From assembly GCF_009914755.1 (NCBI RefSeq), contig NC_060934.1: a DNA stretch of 64,000 nt. One strand, 5' to 3'. Under the pieces are notes generated by a model. The model did no database searches. It had not been told where the DNA came from and saw only the letters and a list, made by a program, of their open reading frames with translations. The translations under genes and the position numbers were made by a program. Source of the DNA: the human T2T-CHM13v2.0 reference genome, Homo sapiens. Positions 17,444-37,840 of this stretch are shown here, piece by piece. How positions within the stretch are numbered: position 1 is the stretch's first letter; each line of letters opens with the position of its first letter.

Positions 17444-17599
17444 CTGACTTTTCCAGTTGTCTGGAAGGGGCAGGTGGTGGTTGGGGCCTCCGTACTTCTC
17501 GTTATAGTAGATATAGGTATTGAGATCAGGGAAGTTGCGGTTCAGGTCCACTCCATTTGCATTGTTCCTGCCAACTAGATACCCAGGCTTGTTTGGGCC
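17444..17599 (-). CDS. CPN1: CPN1 exon 3
   Basis: Hand translation (absent from the ORF track): [52 protein letters not shown], with the M14 DLNRNF motif; 156 nt; tttag acceptor, GTAGG donor. Confidence 0.97.
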
Positions 17600-17929
17600 C
17601 TAAAGGAAAATGAAAAGATGAAAAATGAAGGTTTCAGATTGAATACTATATTTTCTAACTTTTTTTTTTGGAGACAGGTTCTCACACTGTTGCCCAGGCT
17701 GAAGTGCAGTGGTACAATCTTGGCTTACTGCAACCTCTACCTACTGGGCTCAAGCAATCCTCCCACCTCAGTCTCCTGAGTAGCTGGGACTACAAGCACA
17801 CACCACCACACCCGCTAATTGTTCTTTATTCTTTTCTTTTTTTGGTAGAGATGAGGCTGGTTGCCCAGGCTGGTATCAAACTCCTGGGCTCAAGTGATCC
17901 ACCCACCTCGCCCTTCCAAAGTGCTGAGA

Positions 17930-18227
17930 GGCCAGGTGCAGTGGCTCACACCTGTAATCTCAGCACTTTGGGAGGCGGAGGCAGGTGGATCACTTGAGGT
18001 CAGAAGTTCAAGATCAGCCTGGCCAAAATGGTGAAACACCATCTCTACTAAAAAATACAAAAATTAGCTGGGTGTGGTGGCGTGTGCCTGTAGTCCCAGC
18101 TACTTGGGAGGCTGAGGCACGAGAATCACTTAAACTCAGGAAGTGAGGTTGCAATGGGCCAAGAACATGCCATTGCACTACAGCCTGGGTGACAGAGCAA
18201 GGCTCTGTCTAAAAAAAACAAACCAAA
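17930..18227 (+). mobile_element. Alu inserted inside an older antisense Alu (17659-18268)
   Basis: TSD CAAAGTGCTGAGA at 17917-17929 and 18228-18240. Confidence 0.9.
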
Positions 18228-18950
18228 CAAAGTGCTGAGATTACAGGCAAGAGCTACTACATGCAGCCATGAATCCTATATTTGAAGCACATTGTATAGT
18301 TCTTAGATATTAGCTTAATCAAATGATGTAGCATTTTTTTTCCTTTAGTCCCCGTCACAAGAAGATGAATCATTTTCTACTTTGACTTATCCAAAGTCAC
18401 AGTGGTGGACTTCAAGTTCCCTGCAGATCACGTGTAAGAGGTACATATCTCAAGAGAAGTTCTAATAAGAGTAGGGTGTTTCGGGATCATGGGAACCCCA
18501 ATGTTTTATGAACAGCTTTATTGAGATATAATTCACATACTATAAAATTTGCTCATTTTAAATGTACAATTCAATGAATTTTAGTATGTTTACGGAGTTG
18601 TATAATCATCATTGCAATCTAATTTTAGAACATTTCTGTCACACCAAATAGACACCTCATTCCCATTTACAGTCACTTCTCATTTTCATCCTAGCGTAGG
18701 TAATAACTTTATCTCTCCTTAGACTTGCCTCTTCTGGACAGATCACATAAGTGGGTCATACATTATCTGTTCTTTTGTGGGTTTTTCCCCCACACTGGGC
18801 ATAATGTTTGTGAGGTTCATGTATGTTGTAGCATGTATCAGTACTTCATTTCTTTCTATTGCTGAATAGTTCCATTATGTGGATTTATCACATTTTGTTT
18901 ATCCATTCACCAGTATTAGTATTAGTTTAATACTATTAGTATTAGGAAAC

Positions 18951-19738
18951 TGTGTTAGTTTCCTAGGGCTGCCATAACAATCACCACAAACTAGGTGGTT
19001 TATAACAACAGCAATTTATTCTCCAATTTATTCTCTGGAGGCTAGAAGTTGTAATCAAGTCAACTGGATGGGCGGCACGCTCTCTGGTCCCCTTCTTTGT
19101 TTCTTCCAGGTTCTGGTGGCCAGAGGAAGTCCTTGGCATTCTTTGGCTCTTAGACCCATCACTCTAATTTCTGCTTTCATCTTCATATGGCCTCCTCCCC
19201 AGTCTGTCTGCATCTCTATTCGCAAATTTCTTTCTTCTTACAAGGACACCAGTTATGCTGGATTTAGAGTCCATCCTGATTCTAGGTGACCTCATCTCAA
19301 TTGTATCCGTAAAGACCCTCAGTAGGCCCTCCATATCCATGGGTTCCACATGTGTGGATTCAACCAACCTCTGATTGAAAATGTAGTTAGGCCTATGATG
19401 GTTGCATCTGTACTGAATATGTACATACTTTTTTCTTGTCATTATTCCTTAAACAGTACATTATAACAACTGTTTACATAGCATTTACATTGTACTGGGT
19501 AACATAAGTAACCTAGGGATGATTTAAAGTATACAGGAGGATGTGCATAAGTTATGTGCAAATACTATGCCATTTTATATAAGGGACTTGAGCATCCAAG
19601 GATTTTGATATTGGTGGGGGGCCCTGGAATCAATCACCTACGGATACTGAAGGATGACTATGTATTTCCAAATAAGATCATAGTCACAGATTTCAGGTGA
19701 ATGCGAATTTTGGCGAAGGGTGGTAGGGGGAGATTCAT
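18951..19738 (-). mobile_element. MLT1 MaLR LTR interrupted by MER2, nested in an L1
   Basis: TGTGTTAGTTTCCTAGGGCTGCCATAACAA...AAAGACCCT | ATTTCCAAATAAG. Confidence 0.75.
19320..19661. mobile_element. MER2 (TcMar-Tigger) element
   Basis: Terminal inverted repeats CAGTAGGCCCTCCATATCC ... GGATACTGAAGGATGACT; MER2-like body. Confidence 0.8.
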
Positions 19739-21164
19739 GGACATTTGGGTTGTTTTCACCTTTTGGCTATTGTTAATAATGCTGCTTTGAACATCCACGT
19801 ACAAGTCTTTGTGTGGATGTATGTTTTCATTTCCTCTGGGTAGATATCTGTAAGTAGAACTGCCGAGTCATAAGCTAAGTCCATGTTTAACTGTTTTTTG
19901 TTGTTTGTTTTTGTTTTTGTTTTGAGACAGGGTCTCACTCTGTTGCCTAGGCTGGAGTATAACAGCATGATCATGGCTCACTGCAGCCTCAACCTCCTGG
20001 GCTCAGGTCATCCTCCCACCTCAGCCTCCTGGTAGCTGGTGTTTACAGGCACGCGCCACAACACCTGGCTAATTTTAAATTATTTGTAAAGATGGGGTTT
20101 TGCCATGTTGCCTACGCTGGTCTCAAACTTCTAGGCTCAAGTGATCCACCCACCTCCCAAAGTGCTGGGATTAACAGACGTGAGCCACTACGGCCTTATG
20201 TTTAACTTTTTGAGAAACTGTTAAACTGTTTTTCAAAGTGGTTACACTATGGAAACTCACTCCTCCCCCCTTCAAAAAATTTAGGATGCTTACTTATCTT
20301 TCTTTTGAGCAATATCAACTTTCTGGATCCCTTAATTTCTCTGTCCATATTTCAGATTTTATCATTTATTTGCTCATGTATTCACTCACTCATTAGGTCA
20401 TCTATTTAGTCAACCAACATTTACTTAAGTCCTTCTCTATTCAGAGCTCTCAGATAGACACTGGGGAAAGAGATAAGTGAGACATTGTAGTCTAGCCTTC
20501 TAGGAATTCATAGTACACATGGGGAGATGGACACACACATAAATAATTAAATACATAGAGTGATAGAATAGAGATATGTTAAAAGGCTCATTCAAAATTG
20601 AAATTCCATTTAATGTTTTGTGTGGCATTGGAGAAGGGAAATAGTGCCAACTGGGTCCCTGTAGACTGAGAAGGTGGAGCCCAAATTGTTGGCTGTTCCT
20701 GGAAGTGAATGAATGGATGCCGGGAAGCTACAATCTCACAGATGAATCGCCGTTCTCATATTTTCCCTTTTCTAACCAATAAAATGCGGCAGATTACATT
20801 TTTTTCTAAGAATTCAGTATTATTCTCAGATTTCTCCTCTTTTCATGGCACCCTGCTTGTATTTCATTTTTAGATCCTATTGAAAACATAATTGTTTTGA
20901 AGTTCCTTTAAGTTTCCTACATCAGTTGTGTTCCAGTGGAAAACATTTATTGGATCTTTCATTTTGGTGTACACTTCTGTGACATAATGATTTTCTTTAT
21001 GCTTCCAGGGGCTTGTCACTGCTTGCTTATTTATATCAAGGCAACTCTTGACTGTCAGCATAAACAGCTATGGGCATTATCCACTGATTTCCCTGCACAC
21101 TGGTCAATAGTTAAGTTGGCAGGAAGGGGCTTCCCCTAACAGAAGGTTTCATAAACAGGGCTAG

Positions 21165-21929
<765 letters not shown>

Positions 21930-22067
21930 AGTGGCTTCAAAGTCTGGTGGCCAGGAAGTTCTTCTCTGTGTAGCCACGCAGACAGCTTGCCTCTGGGCAT
22001 GGCAGGTATCTCTGAGAGTCTGAGAACCTGATGGGTCCTCTCGGGTTCAGGTTCAAGATCTGCTCTC

Positions 22068-22475
<408 letters not shown>

Positions 22476-22713
22476 TAAAGGAACATCTCCATTGCATAAG
22501 GCAGATCGATGCCTGGCCTCACCCTTGACAATACTACTCAGTAGGCCTGCGGTGGGACCTGGGAATCTGTACTTCAAAATCTTCATCTGTGATTCTGATG
22601 CACAGCCACAGAAGAGAACCATTGATTTAAAGTTACGCATATCGATCTGAAACACTTAAGATGTTACTAATAATAATAAGACAAATGTTAGGCACGCTGA
22701 CATTTTGAATTTA

Positions 22714-22872
<159 letters not shown>

Positions 22873-22911
22873 TTAGCTGGGCATGGTGGCGCACACCTGT
22901 AGACCCAGCTA

Positions 22912-23013
<102 letters not shown>

Positions 23014-23590
23014 CTATCCCAAAAAAAGAAAGCCCTTAGACATTTTTTCTTATCGGTCCCACTGCAAATATAACTCTAAAATATAGAATCAATAGACTAA
23101 GTGCTATACTAGTAGAGGAAACAACTCTATGGAAATATAATAAAGTATGAAGAATGTAGAATTAGCCCCCTACCCCCAGTTCTGGGGAAAGCCTGTTGTC
23201 CTTGTTATTTTCTCCACAAATGCAAATGGAAATGTAGTGTGGAAGAAAGAAAGGTATGTAGGGTTTGATGCTGAAAGTCCAGGAAAGGAGCTTTATTTTG
23301 CAATATCCCTCCACATCTGTTGAGTATTTTCCAGGTTACAAAGTGTTATCACAGATATTGCCACATTAATCCTCACAATAAAACCCTGAGGTCATCTGGA
23401 AAGGTGTTGAGGGAATGCAGGCTCAGAGAGAGCCCATGTTTATTGCCTGAGGTGCTGTAGGACTGAACCCACCTCTTCATCCTTTCTTATATTTCTGATG
23501 GATTTTTTCTCTTGGCCATTTCATCTTTTACTTTTAACATTTGTGATATTTACAGTGGGACAGAGAGGGAATCTTGTCCACTGGACTTTA

Positions 23591-23941
<351 letters not shown>

Positions 23942-24393
23942 TCATGCTTTCATTGGGTCTTTTGCAATAATCCCTGAGCCCCTTCCTAACCAATTACAGT
24001 TACAAAACCTACAAAAATTCATGCCAGGGATGATAATGAGTGCCATGTATTGAACCCCCATAGTGTACTAGACAGTTATGTTCAATACTGCTAAAATTCA
24101 CAGAAAACTTGTAAAGTGGGCATTAATAGCCTCAGGGTGAGGGTAATAAGGATGGGAGAGGTTAAGTAACTTGTCTGAGGTTGCCTAGCTAATGGCTCTA
24201 TAGAGGCCCAAGCCCAGGTGGCACTTACAGTGCCATTTACAGTAGCATGCTGCTTCTCAGAGACAAATCTTTCAGGATAAGGATGTTCCCCAGAACCTGT
24301 TTTCATGAAGTACTCTAGGTTTTAGCGTAACAGCCGCTAATGATCCCAGTTGAAAACTTAGTTTTCTTGGCACTTGAAAAGTTTCTTGCTCCA

Positions 24394-24501
24394 TCTGAAC
24401 AAGAACACAGCAGGTGAGCAGAGGTGACCAGCTCCGCAGCGATGGATCTAAGATTCAGTGGGCTGGCAGGGGTTTTCCCCACTCCCTCCCACCCCACCTA
24501 C
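24394..24501 (+). repeat. Local direct repeat, copy B (intron 1)
   Basis: 102/108 identical to 22068-22175. Confidence 0.95.
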
Positions 24502-24889
24502 CATGAAGAATAGGATTGGGGGCAGGACTGAGCTCGTTCTCCATTGTCCCCACTGAAGTACAGGAAAACTAAAATCACTCCTTCAAATCTAAGCAGGCCA
24601 AATCTGAAGGCACAGAATAGGAAGGCACCTGCTATGTCTCATTCCTCAGTCTTCTCTTGGGCCATGTTAACTGTTCAACTTGAGGTAAGAATTGAGGATC
24701 TGAAAGTTTCTGGGGTCACCTAAAGAAAATCATTCTTGCCCTCTTTTAAGAGGAAGGAGAAAAGCTCTTGCCAAATGATTTTTCTTACACCCAATACTTT
24801 CCTGCGTCCATGACTTTTCTGGTTCTGTACCTCTTCATCTTCTCATTTCCAAATCCTTCTCACCACCCTTCTAGGCCCAGTTCACATGA

Positions 24890-25331
<442 letters not shown>

Positions 25332-26249
25332 TAACTTGTGACACCATCCATTATTATTTATCTTAGTATACCTACAGCAGTTTTTCTCAAAGGAATGCTT
25401 ATAATCCATAAGGATCATGTGGTGGATTTTCCATAGCGAGTATTCTTTAATCTTAGTGTATTTTTTTAAATCATAGATTATGTCTTTCTTACTTTTCTTG
25501 GTGTTAAAATGTCTTTTCTGTTAGAAAAGGATGGATATAGTAGATGACAGGTAGTTTTCTTCACATCCTTATTCAGTAAAATAAAATTTGGAAGATCTGT
25601 TTTAGTTCCCTCCGGTCTCCTATTTATTTAAAAAAAAACAACAACAACACTTTTTTTAACTTCTTTATGAAATCTGTAAGTCTGGGAACCACTGCCCTGT
25701 AGAACTTTGGACAGTGCCATGCACTTAGCAGATGCTTAATGGCAGATTCTTTTGGCTCTCCTTTTTCTTTTTTCTTTTTCTTTTTTTTAATTTAGAGACA
25801 GGGTCTTGCTCAGTCATTCATGCTGGAGTGCAGTGGCACAATCATAGCTCAGGATAGCCTCTCGAATTTCTCAGTTCAAGCCATCCTCCCGCCTCAGCCT
25901 CCTGAGGAGCTGGGACCACAAGTGCACACTACCACACGAGGCTAATTTTCTAAAAAAAAAATTTATTACAGAGACAAGTCTCACTATGTTGTCCAGACTG
26001 GTCTGAAACTTTTGGCCTCAGGCAGTCCTCCCAAAGTACTGGGATTACAGGCATAAGCCACCACAGCTGGCCTCTACTTTCAATATATCTGGAACACAAC
26101 CACTTCTCATAACAATCACTGCTACCATTTTGGTTCAAGCCCCTGCACCTTCAAGCTTGGTACTATTGGCAATATTAGGTTATTGCAATAAATCTCCCAC
26201 TTGGTCTCCCTGCAGCTGCCTAGCCCCTTTAAAGTCTATTCTCCAGAGT

Positions 26250-26456
26250 CAGGGGTTGGCAAAACTTTTTTATAAAGAACTAGAGAGTAAATCCTTTAGG
26301 CTTTGTGGGCCGTGATGTCTCTGTCACAGCTACTCAACTCTTCCAGCAAAAGCAGCCATGGACAAGATAAAAGTGAATGGGCGTGATTATGTTCCCATAA
26401 AACTTCATTTACCAAAACAGGTGGCTGGCCCTTGGGCTGTAGTTTGCTGACCCCTG
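26250..26456. mobile_element. MER58A (hAT-Charlie) within an L2 remnant
   Basis: TIRs CAGGGGTTGGCAAA / TTTGCTGACCCCTG; degenerate 8-bp TSD TCCAGAGT/TTCTGAGT. Confidence 0.82.
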
Positions 26457-27526
26457 TTCTGAGTGATCTTTACAAAATTTAAGACAGATCGTCTCCCCCT
26501 TCTGCTTAAAAAACCCTCCAGTGGCTTCTCACTTGACTCAAAGTAAAAGCCCAGATCTTTACCAGGGCCTATGAGGCCCTGCGTGATCTCCTGTTGCCTG
26601 GTGTCCCCATCACATGGCTGTGACCTCCTCTCTTGCTCTCCCCTCATTCACTCGGCTGGAGCCGCACTGGCCCCCTTGCTGTTCCTCACATGTGCCAAGC
26701 ATGCTCCAGAGCATTGCCTTTGCTCTTCCCTCTGCCCGTCATCTTTTCCTCCTCAATATCAGCACGGCATGTGCCATCACACCCATCCTTCAGCTCTCTG
26801 TTCAAAGCCACCTCAGTGGAGACGCCTCTCCTGAGTGCCTCTCCTGCTCCTCCTTGTCTTCCTCCATGCCATCCTTATCTCTTTTTCCTGATTTAGTTTT
26901 CTCTACAGCACTTATTTCCATCTGATGTAATATGTATTTACGTAGTTACCCATTTATTGTCAGTCTTACCCCACTAGAATTCGGGCCCATGAGGGCAGGG
27001 TCTTTGTTTTATTCTCTGCTGTACTTCCAGAGTCTACAAAAGTGCCTGCATATTGTAGGTGATTGGTAAATATTTGTGGAATGAATGAATTAAAGGAATG
27101 AATGGGTGAATAGCAGTTATAGTGCTTCAGAGAAAAGAGGGAACAGTGAGGGCTAGAGTCCTGTGAAAAAGCTTCAAAGAAGGCCTTGAAAGCTAGAAAG
27201 TACAGGAGCACCAACAAGGGGGCTTGGAGTGTTGGGGGGCTAACCCCATGATGTCCATGAACACTCACGAGCTTCCACAGTGAACATATGATCTGATTGA
27301 CAGCAGGCTGCTTGCTATGGAAGTGCAGTTTCAAAGCGAGGCAATTATCCCAGGTAACCCCATGGCCTTCTATGAGCCTCCTCCATGCAATATTCTGAAT
27401 CCCATGGCCAGTCCATTGAGTGTGAGGCTTTTAAAGTAGGAAAGTGGGATTATGTCAAGATTTAGGAAAATTTTTCTGGCATCTGTGTACCAAATGGAAG
27501 ATTCAGAGTGCAGCAGTTCGAAGTTA

Positions 27527-27837
<311 letters not shown>

Positions 27838-29126
27838 TTAGAAACCAGTTGGGAGTTCAGTGCAATCATGTAGGCAGCTTGTGATGGAGTCTGGACTTGG
27901 GCAGGGGATGTGGAAGCGAAGAGGTAAAGGGAGATTTGAAGTTGAGTTTGAAGGAGGAACTGGTAAGGAAAGAAGTGAGAAATTAGAAACAACTTAAATG
28001 TCCATCAATATATGGACAGTTAAACACAGTCATGCAATGAGCTATTACACAGCCAAAACCACAGTGATGTAGATCTGCACTTATAGACATGGAAGCTATC
28101 CATAACAGATTGTGAAATGAGAAGGGCAGTTATAATACAATTTCATTTTTATAGAAACAATTACATGTGTTTGAGTCAGGGTTTAAATATGCATAGAAAA
28201 AAGTCTGGAAGGATATACATCAATACATTAACAGTGGTGGGATTTGGGGTGAGTTTTATTATTTTTTTTCCTTATCTAATCTCTAAATTTTAATCCAAAC
28301 ATGGATTGCTTTTACAGTAGAAACAAACTAAAAAAAGGAATCCAGGCTAAGTGCGGTGGCTCACGCCTGTAATCCCAACACTGGGAGGCCAAGGTGGGTG
28401 GATCGCCTGAGCCCAGGAGTTTGAGATTAGCCTGGTTAACATGATGAAACCCTGTCTCTACTAAAAATACAAAAATTAGCCGGGCGTATTGGTGCATGCC
28501 TGTGGTCCCAGCTACCTAGGAGGCTGAGGGGAAAGGATCACCTGAGCCCAGGAGGTGGAGGCTGCAGTGAGCTGAGATCATGCCACTGCATTCCAGCCTG
28601 GGCAACAGAGCCAGACCCCGTCTCAAAAAAATAAAAAATAAAAAAGAATCCAGTAAATAAAACTGACACCCAAGTCCCCAAACTCTCTCTGGAATACCAC
28701 ACTGTCACTCCCCGAAGAGATTCCCCTATACCCTTCTAAGTTTCCTGGCAGAACTAGAAGGGCTCATTGTTTTTGCCTATGTCTCCTGAGCCATTGGGTG
28801 GGGAAAGACAGAACAATAGTAAGGGGAAAAGAAAGGAAATGGGGGAAATGAAGGGATATGGGACATGAGCAGGGAAGAAGACTCATCTTTTACCATTAAA
28901 GTTTTGAGCAAACAGAACCCAAAAAGGAGGAAAGGTCTGAAGGCTGAAGGAGGGTTATAGCTCCCCAGAGGCAGTGGCAGTTTGAGGGCTAAGAGGGAAA
29001 TAGCACAGGCTGAGAAAGAGATAATACCTTGTAGGCGGAGGCGTCCACGGACCACCCCAGAAACCACTCCAATTACTGGATTTGCAAGGGAAAGGCCCTG
29101 CCCCACACACCCTCAAGAGCTGTTCA

Positions 29127-29700
<574 letters not shown>

Positions 29701-29859
29701 TTCCTGGAGAATTTTTTAAAACTTGGCCTGTGCCTGTTCCTTTTATTACAACTTTCAAAAAGAGTTCTCTGTCCCTTTTGATCCATCCCACGTACTGCTG
29801 CCTGCCTATCTTTCTGAAGCATGGCTGTATTTTGTCCTTTTTTTCCTCAAAAATCTTTC

Positions 29860-32290
<2,431 letters not shown>

Positions 32291-32317
32291 TTTTAAATTT
32301 ATTTGTTTATTTATTGA

Positions 32318-32653
<336 letters not shown>

Positions 32654-34356
32654 TAAAATTCAAATGCCTCAGATAGCCTTTTTGTCCTTGCTACCAAGTC
32701 CAGTTGTAACTTGTCATCCTGTCCCTCATTCTAGTGCAGCACTGTTGCTCCACCTACTGTCTTTGGAGAATGCCCCTGCCTTCCTGCTTTCACTCATGCT
32801 ATTTCCCTAGGTAGCTCAATCCAGCTCAAATTCTGGGTCTTCCTTACCTCCCCTTGTAGTTGCTGCTACAATCAGTCTTTGTACCTCCAATTCCTATCAC
32901 TTTCTCTGTTATGCACTACTCCCCATGTTAGGTGTTGGGTGTCAGGGTAGAGTGCAGCCCTGCTGGCACACTGCTCTTGCTCTCCAGGGTGATCTGCAGC
33001 CCCCTAGCATAGAGCTGGGCACAGGTGCTCAACATTTGTTGAATGAATGAGTGAGTGAATGAATGAACACACAAATCCATTATTGACTTCCCCCTTGCAT
33101 CCTGCTGCTCCGTCTTTAGCAAACTTTCCCAAGAAAATCCTATGTTTTTATAACCAGTCAGTAAAGACAGCGATTCCATCTTGGATATACTGGGTGAACA
33201 CTATGTGGCCAGGCCAGTCCGGCTCACAGAGAGGTGGCCCAGATAGTCACAGAGGGTTGGCCCTGATAAGAACTAAACTGGCAGTACCAAACATCTGCTG
33301 CCTATACCCACAGCTCAAATCCCATAATTTTCTGAGGAGAGCCTGTCCCCCCAGGTGGTAAAGGTAGGAATCAAGGCATCACTAAGGCTGTCACACATTA
33401 AGCCTTCGATCTAGGACAGTATCTACTGTCATTACTGAGGGCTTGGCTTAGTAACTCCCCAGTGTGCCTATGGTTCTTTATGGGGCCTCACTCATGCCAA
33501 ACAGATGAATCCCATTCTCTGGGAGAGGAATGCACCCTCTCTACCTGTTTGCACAGTGGATTCTTGTAAACAGGGAATATCCTCTGTCAATGAGAAGTAT
33601 CAGGGATGAGGTAGCTATGCCTTCCCTGGAATTCCACAGAGTACCAGAGTGATGCCTGCAAGCCAGAGGGCATACATCGCCTCTCAAAGCAACTAGAAGT
33701 AAAAGGTTCATGGCCTTCAGTGTCAGAGGGATATGATTTCAAATCCAAGTGCAACCCTTTCTTAGGCCATTTGACCTTGGGCAAATGACTTAACTTCCCT
33801 AAACCTCAGTTTCTTTCTGTATAGGATAGGGAAATATAGCTCCTCCCTATGGGTTGTTGTGTGGATTAAATAAGATGTTGTATGTAAGGCCTTTTTCACA
33901 GTGCCTAGCACATAGCAAGGGCTCAATAAATATTAGTAGTAGTAGAAATAGCAGCAACAACATCATTAAGCATCTACTTTGTGCTAGAGACCATGCCAGG
34001 TGATGGGGATAAAAGTCATTCATTCAACAAATATAGTAAAGTCTTTACTACTAAAAGCCAAAGGCTTTACATATAATGTCCTTTTTCAATCTACAACAAA
34101 ACCAACAAAGATCCTGCCCATGTGGTGCTTATATTCCAGTGAAGACACAGACACAATTAAGAGTGAAAAAGCAGTCTCTCTCCTCACAGATACAGAAAAG
34201 GAAACAAGCACAACACAGAGGGATGAGTGATGAATATAACCACATAGGACCACCAAGCAGGTTCACCTCACCTAGTTTTGGGAGGTCAGAGAGGGCTGGC
34301 TGGAGGATCTGCGGGAGTGAAACTAACAAGATTATTTTTAGAGTCCTGTCTCCCAC

Positions 34357-34997
34357 TGTGGTATGCACAATAGTGACCCTCCCAAAAGTGTCCACACCCT
34401 AATCCTTGGAAACTGAAATGTTATGTTACATGGCAAAGGGGAATGAAGTTTGCAGAAAAAATGAAGGTTGCAGCCCAACGTGGTGGCTCACACCTGTAAT
34501 CCAAGCACTTTGGGAGGCCAAGGCATGAGGATTGTTTGAGCCCAGGAGTTTGAGACCAGCCTGGGCAACATGGCAAGACCCCATCTCTACAAAAAATCAA
34601 AGGTTAGCCAGGCATGGTGGTGCATACCTGTGGTCTCAGCTACTCAGGAGGCTGAGGTGGGAGGATCGCTTGAGTCCAGGAGGTCAAGGCTGCAGGTGAG
34701 CCACGGTCATGCCACTGCACTCCAGCCTTGGTGACAGAGTGAGACCTGTCTCACTGGCCTCAAAGATGGTGGAAGAGTACCACGAGCTACAGAATGTGAA
34801 CACCCTCTAAAAACTGCAAAAGGCAAGGAAACGCATGCTCCCTGGGACATCCAGCAAGGAACACAGCTCTGCCGGCACCCTGATATTAGTACAATGAGAC
34901 CCATTGCAGACTTCTGATCTCTAGACCTGTAAGATAATACATTTGTGTTGTTTTAAAATTTGTGCTCATTTTTTTAACCACAGCAATAGGAAACAAA
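34357..34997 (+). mobile_element. MLT1 LTR interrupted by an Alu
   Basis: TGTGGTA...CCCAAAAGTGTCCACACCCTAATCCTTGGAAAC...CAGCAATAGGAAACAAATAC. Confidence 0.7.
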
Positions 34998-35691
34998 TAC
35001 ACCCCCAAATACCCACACAACTGGGGCTCCTGGGGAGAGGCTGGAACAGAAAGCTTCATTGTCTGACATCCTTCCAAGGTCTTGATTCAAATCTTGGGCA
35101 GCTAGCCCTGCAAATGGCTGTATAGGTCTGGACCAAATGGTATCATCAGAGTTCTTTCTGTTTCTTCTCCTCCTCACCCTAATTTTAGGCATTTCCTTCT
35201 TTCTGGGTTCTCAGTGTCCTCAATGTTGTCCCCGCCTGGACAGATGCATCTCCATTCTGCCTTAGGCAAATATTAATAACACTTTACAATTCTATGTTGC
35301 CTTACAGAGTACCAACTACTTCTTTATTTATTCCTCCCAAGGAGGAGGGTACCGTAATTTCATTTTAGAAGAGAAATTTTCCCAGAGTCACATAACTAGT
35401 AAGTGGTGGAGGAGGGCCTGGACTCTGGCACAGTTAGCCTAACGTCCTGCTCAATGCATTTCAGTGAATTCAGATATGGAACAAGGGTAGGAAGCCACCA
35501 GAGACAGATTAGCAAAGAGAGTACGTTCAAATCTGGAAAGGGTTGGAAGGAGACAGAAGGATATTTACCCTTAAGTAGGGACATGGGGGCAATTGTCCTC
35601 TTTCCTTTGTCTTCTTTCCCTAGACCTAGACAAAGGAGAGAGGAGAAAGGGGAAGGGAGAGGGTGAGAGCAAGAGCAAAAGAGCAAGCAAG

Positions 35692-35741
35692 AGAGAGAGA
35701 GAGACAGAGAGCAAGCGAGCGAGAGAGAGAGAGAGAGAGAG
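35692..35741. repeat. (GA)n-rich microsatellite
   Basis: Direct reading. Confidence 0.85.
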
Positions 35742-37529
35742 AATGCCAGCCCTGTGTAGGCAAATGAACCAACCTTCCCAAACCAGAACTCTACTTATCA
35801 TAGTTTTAAGATTTCTTTCTTTACATCCCCAGCAGTAACTCTGCAGAGAAGTCTTGATATAATTTAACCCTGCTCAATAAATGTTAGTTGACTGCACCTA
35901 TAAATGAATCAAGAGTTCAGGCTGGGTGCGGTGGCTCACACCTGTAATCCCAGCACTTCGGGAGGTCAAGGCAGGTGGATCATTTGAGGTCAGGAGTTCA
36001 AGACCAGGCTGGCCAACATGGTGAGACCCTGTCTCTACTAAAAATACAAAAACTAGGCAGGTGTGGTGGCGTGTGCCTGTAATCCCAGCTACTTGGGAGG
36101 CTGAGGCAGGAGAATCGCTTAACCCTGGGAGATGGAGGATGCAGTTAGTGAGATTGCACCACTGCACTCCAGTCTGGGTGACAGAGTGAGACTCCGTCTT
36201 GAAAAAAAAAAAAAAAAAAAAAAAAAGAGTTCAGCTTAGTTCAAATCACCAATCACTCTTTGAGAGATATTTGGATTTTAAGTGTTATGAGAGGGGTGGA
36301 GCAAAGGGAACCCAGCAAAGTCTGGAAGGCAAGGAAAGTCAGTCCTCAAGCCAGACCAAGCCCTTTCCAATTCTCTTTCCCATCCATCTCATACTTCTGG
36401 TCTTAGCACCATGGTCAACAACACTGAGAGAACTTTCTCAATCATCTCTTCTGGAACTTTCCCTGGTCATGCTGTCTGATCATCCTGCTTATTTCAGTCA
36501 GTATTGGGCTGCCAATCTGTAATTACCTTGTTTATTCGCTTTCTTGTTTATGGACTGCCTCTCCCAGTAGAAGCTAAGCTCAATGAAGGCCAAGACTATT
36601 TTATCCTACTGTTCACCACTTAATCCCAGTACAATGTGCTGAATAAATGAAAAACCAAATGAAGTTATGTCTGAACTGAGATCTGAGATCCTAATGAGGA
36701 AATGTTAACCAGATGAAGGGGGTAGAGAAGCTTGGGGTGGAATGGGGAGAGTTTTTGAGAGGGAAGAGCATGGTGGTCCCTCCTAATCACCCTGACCTAT
36801 TGGAATCACCCAGGATCTGTCCTTGAATTTCTTCTCTTTCTCTTTCCATGCACCTACTCCCAGACGATCTCATTTACAAATCCCACTATAAGCTGGTAAC
36901 TTTCAAATGTATTTCTCTTGCTTCTGCTTCTCTGAACTCTAGAATTTCATTTCTACTGCTTATCTCCCATCACCACTGGGATTTCTAACAGGCATCCATG
37001 CCTAATGCTGCCCATCTGCCTCCAGTCCCCGGGGTGAGTAGAGACTGACAGATACAAATTGTGTCCATTTTTCTTTTCTTTTTTCTTTTGAGACAGAATC
37101 TCACTCTGTCACCCAGGCTGCAGTGCAGTAGCGTGATCTCAGCTCACTGCAACATCCGCCTCCCGAGCTCAAGTGATCCTCCCACCTCAATCTCCTGAGT
37201 AGATGGGACTACAGGCAGCCACCGCCATGCCCAGCTAACTTTTAATTTTTTGTAGAGATGGTGTCTCACTATGCCCAGGCTGGTGGCTGGTCTCAAACTC
37301 CTGGGCTCAAGCGATTCTTCCACCTCAGCCTCCCAAATTGCTGGGATACAGGCATGAGCCACTGCACCTGACTCTGTCAATTTTTCTTGAGAGACCTGTA
37401 CATCCCATTTACATATGTGGGAACCACTAAAATTTAAATGATCTACCCAGATCATATAACTTATATTTGTTTATATCTGAGTCAAGGCACCAAAAGAAAA
37501 AAGAAAAAAAAATCCTATATTTAGCATAA

Positions 37530-37840
<311 letters not shown>

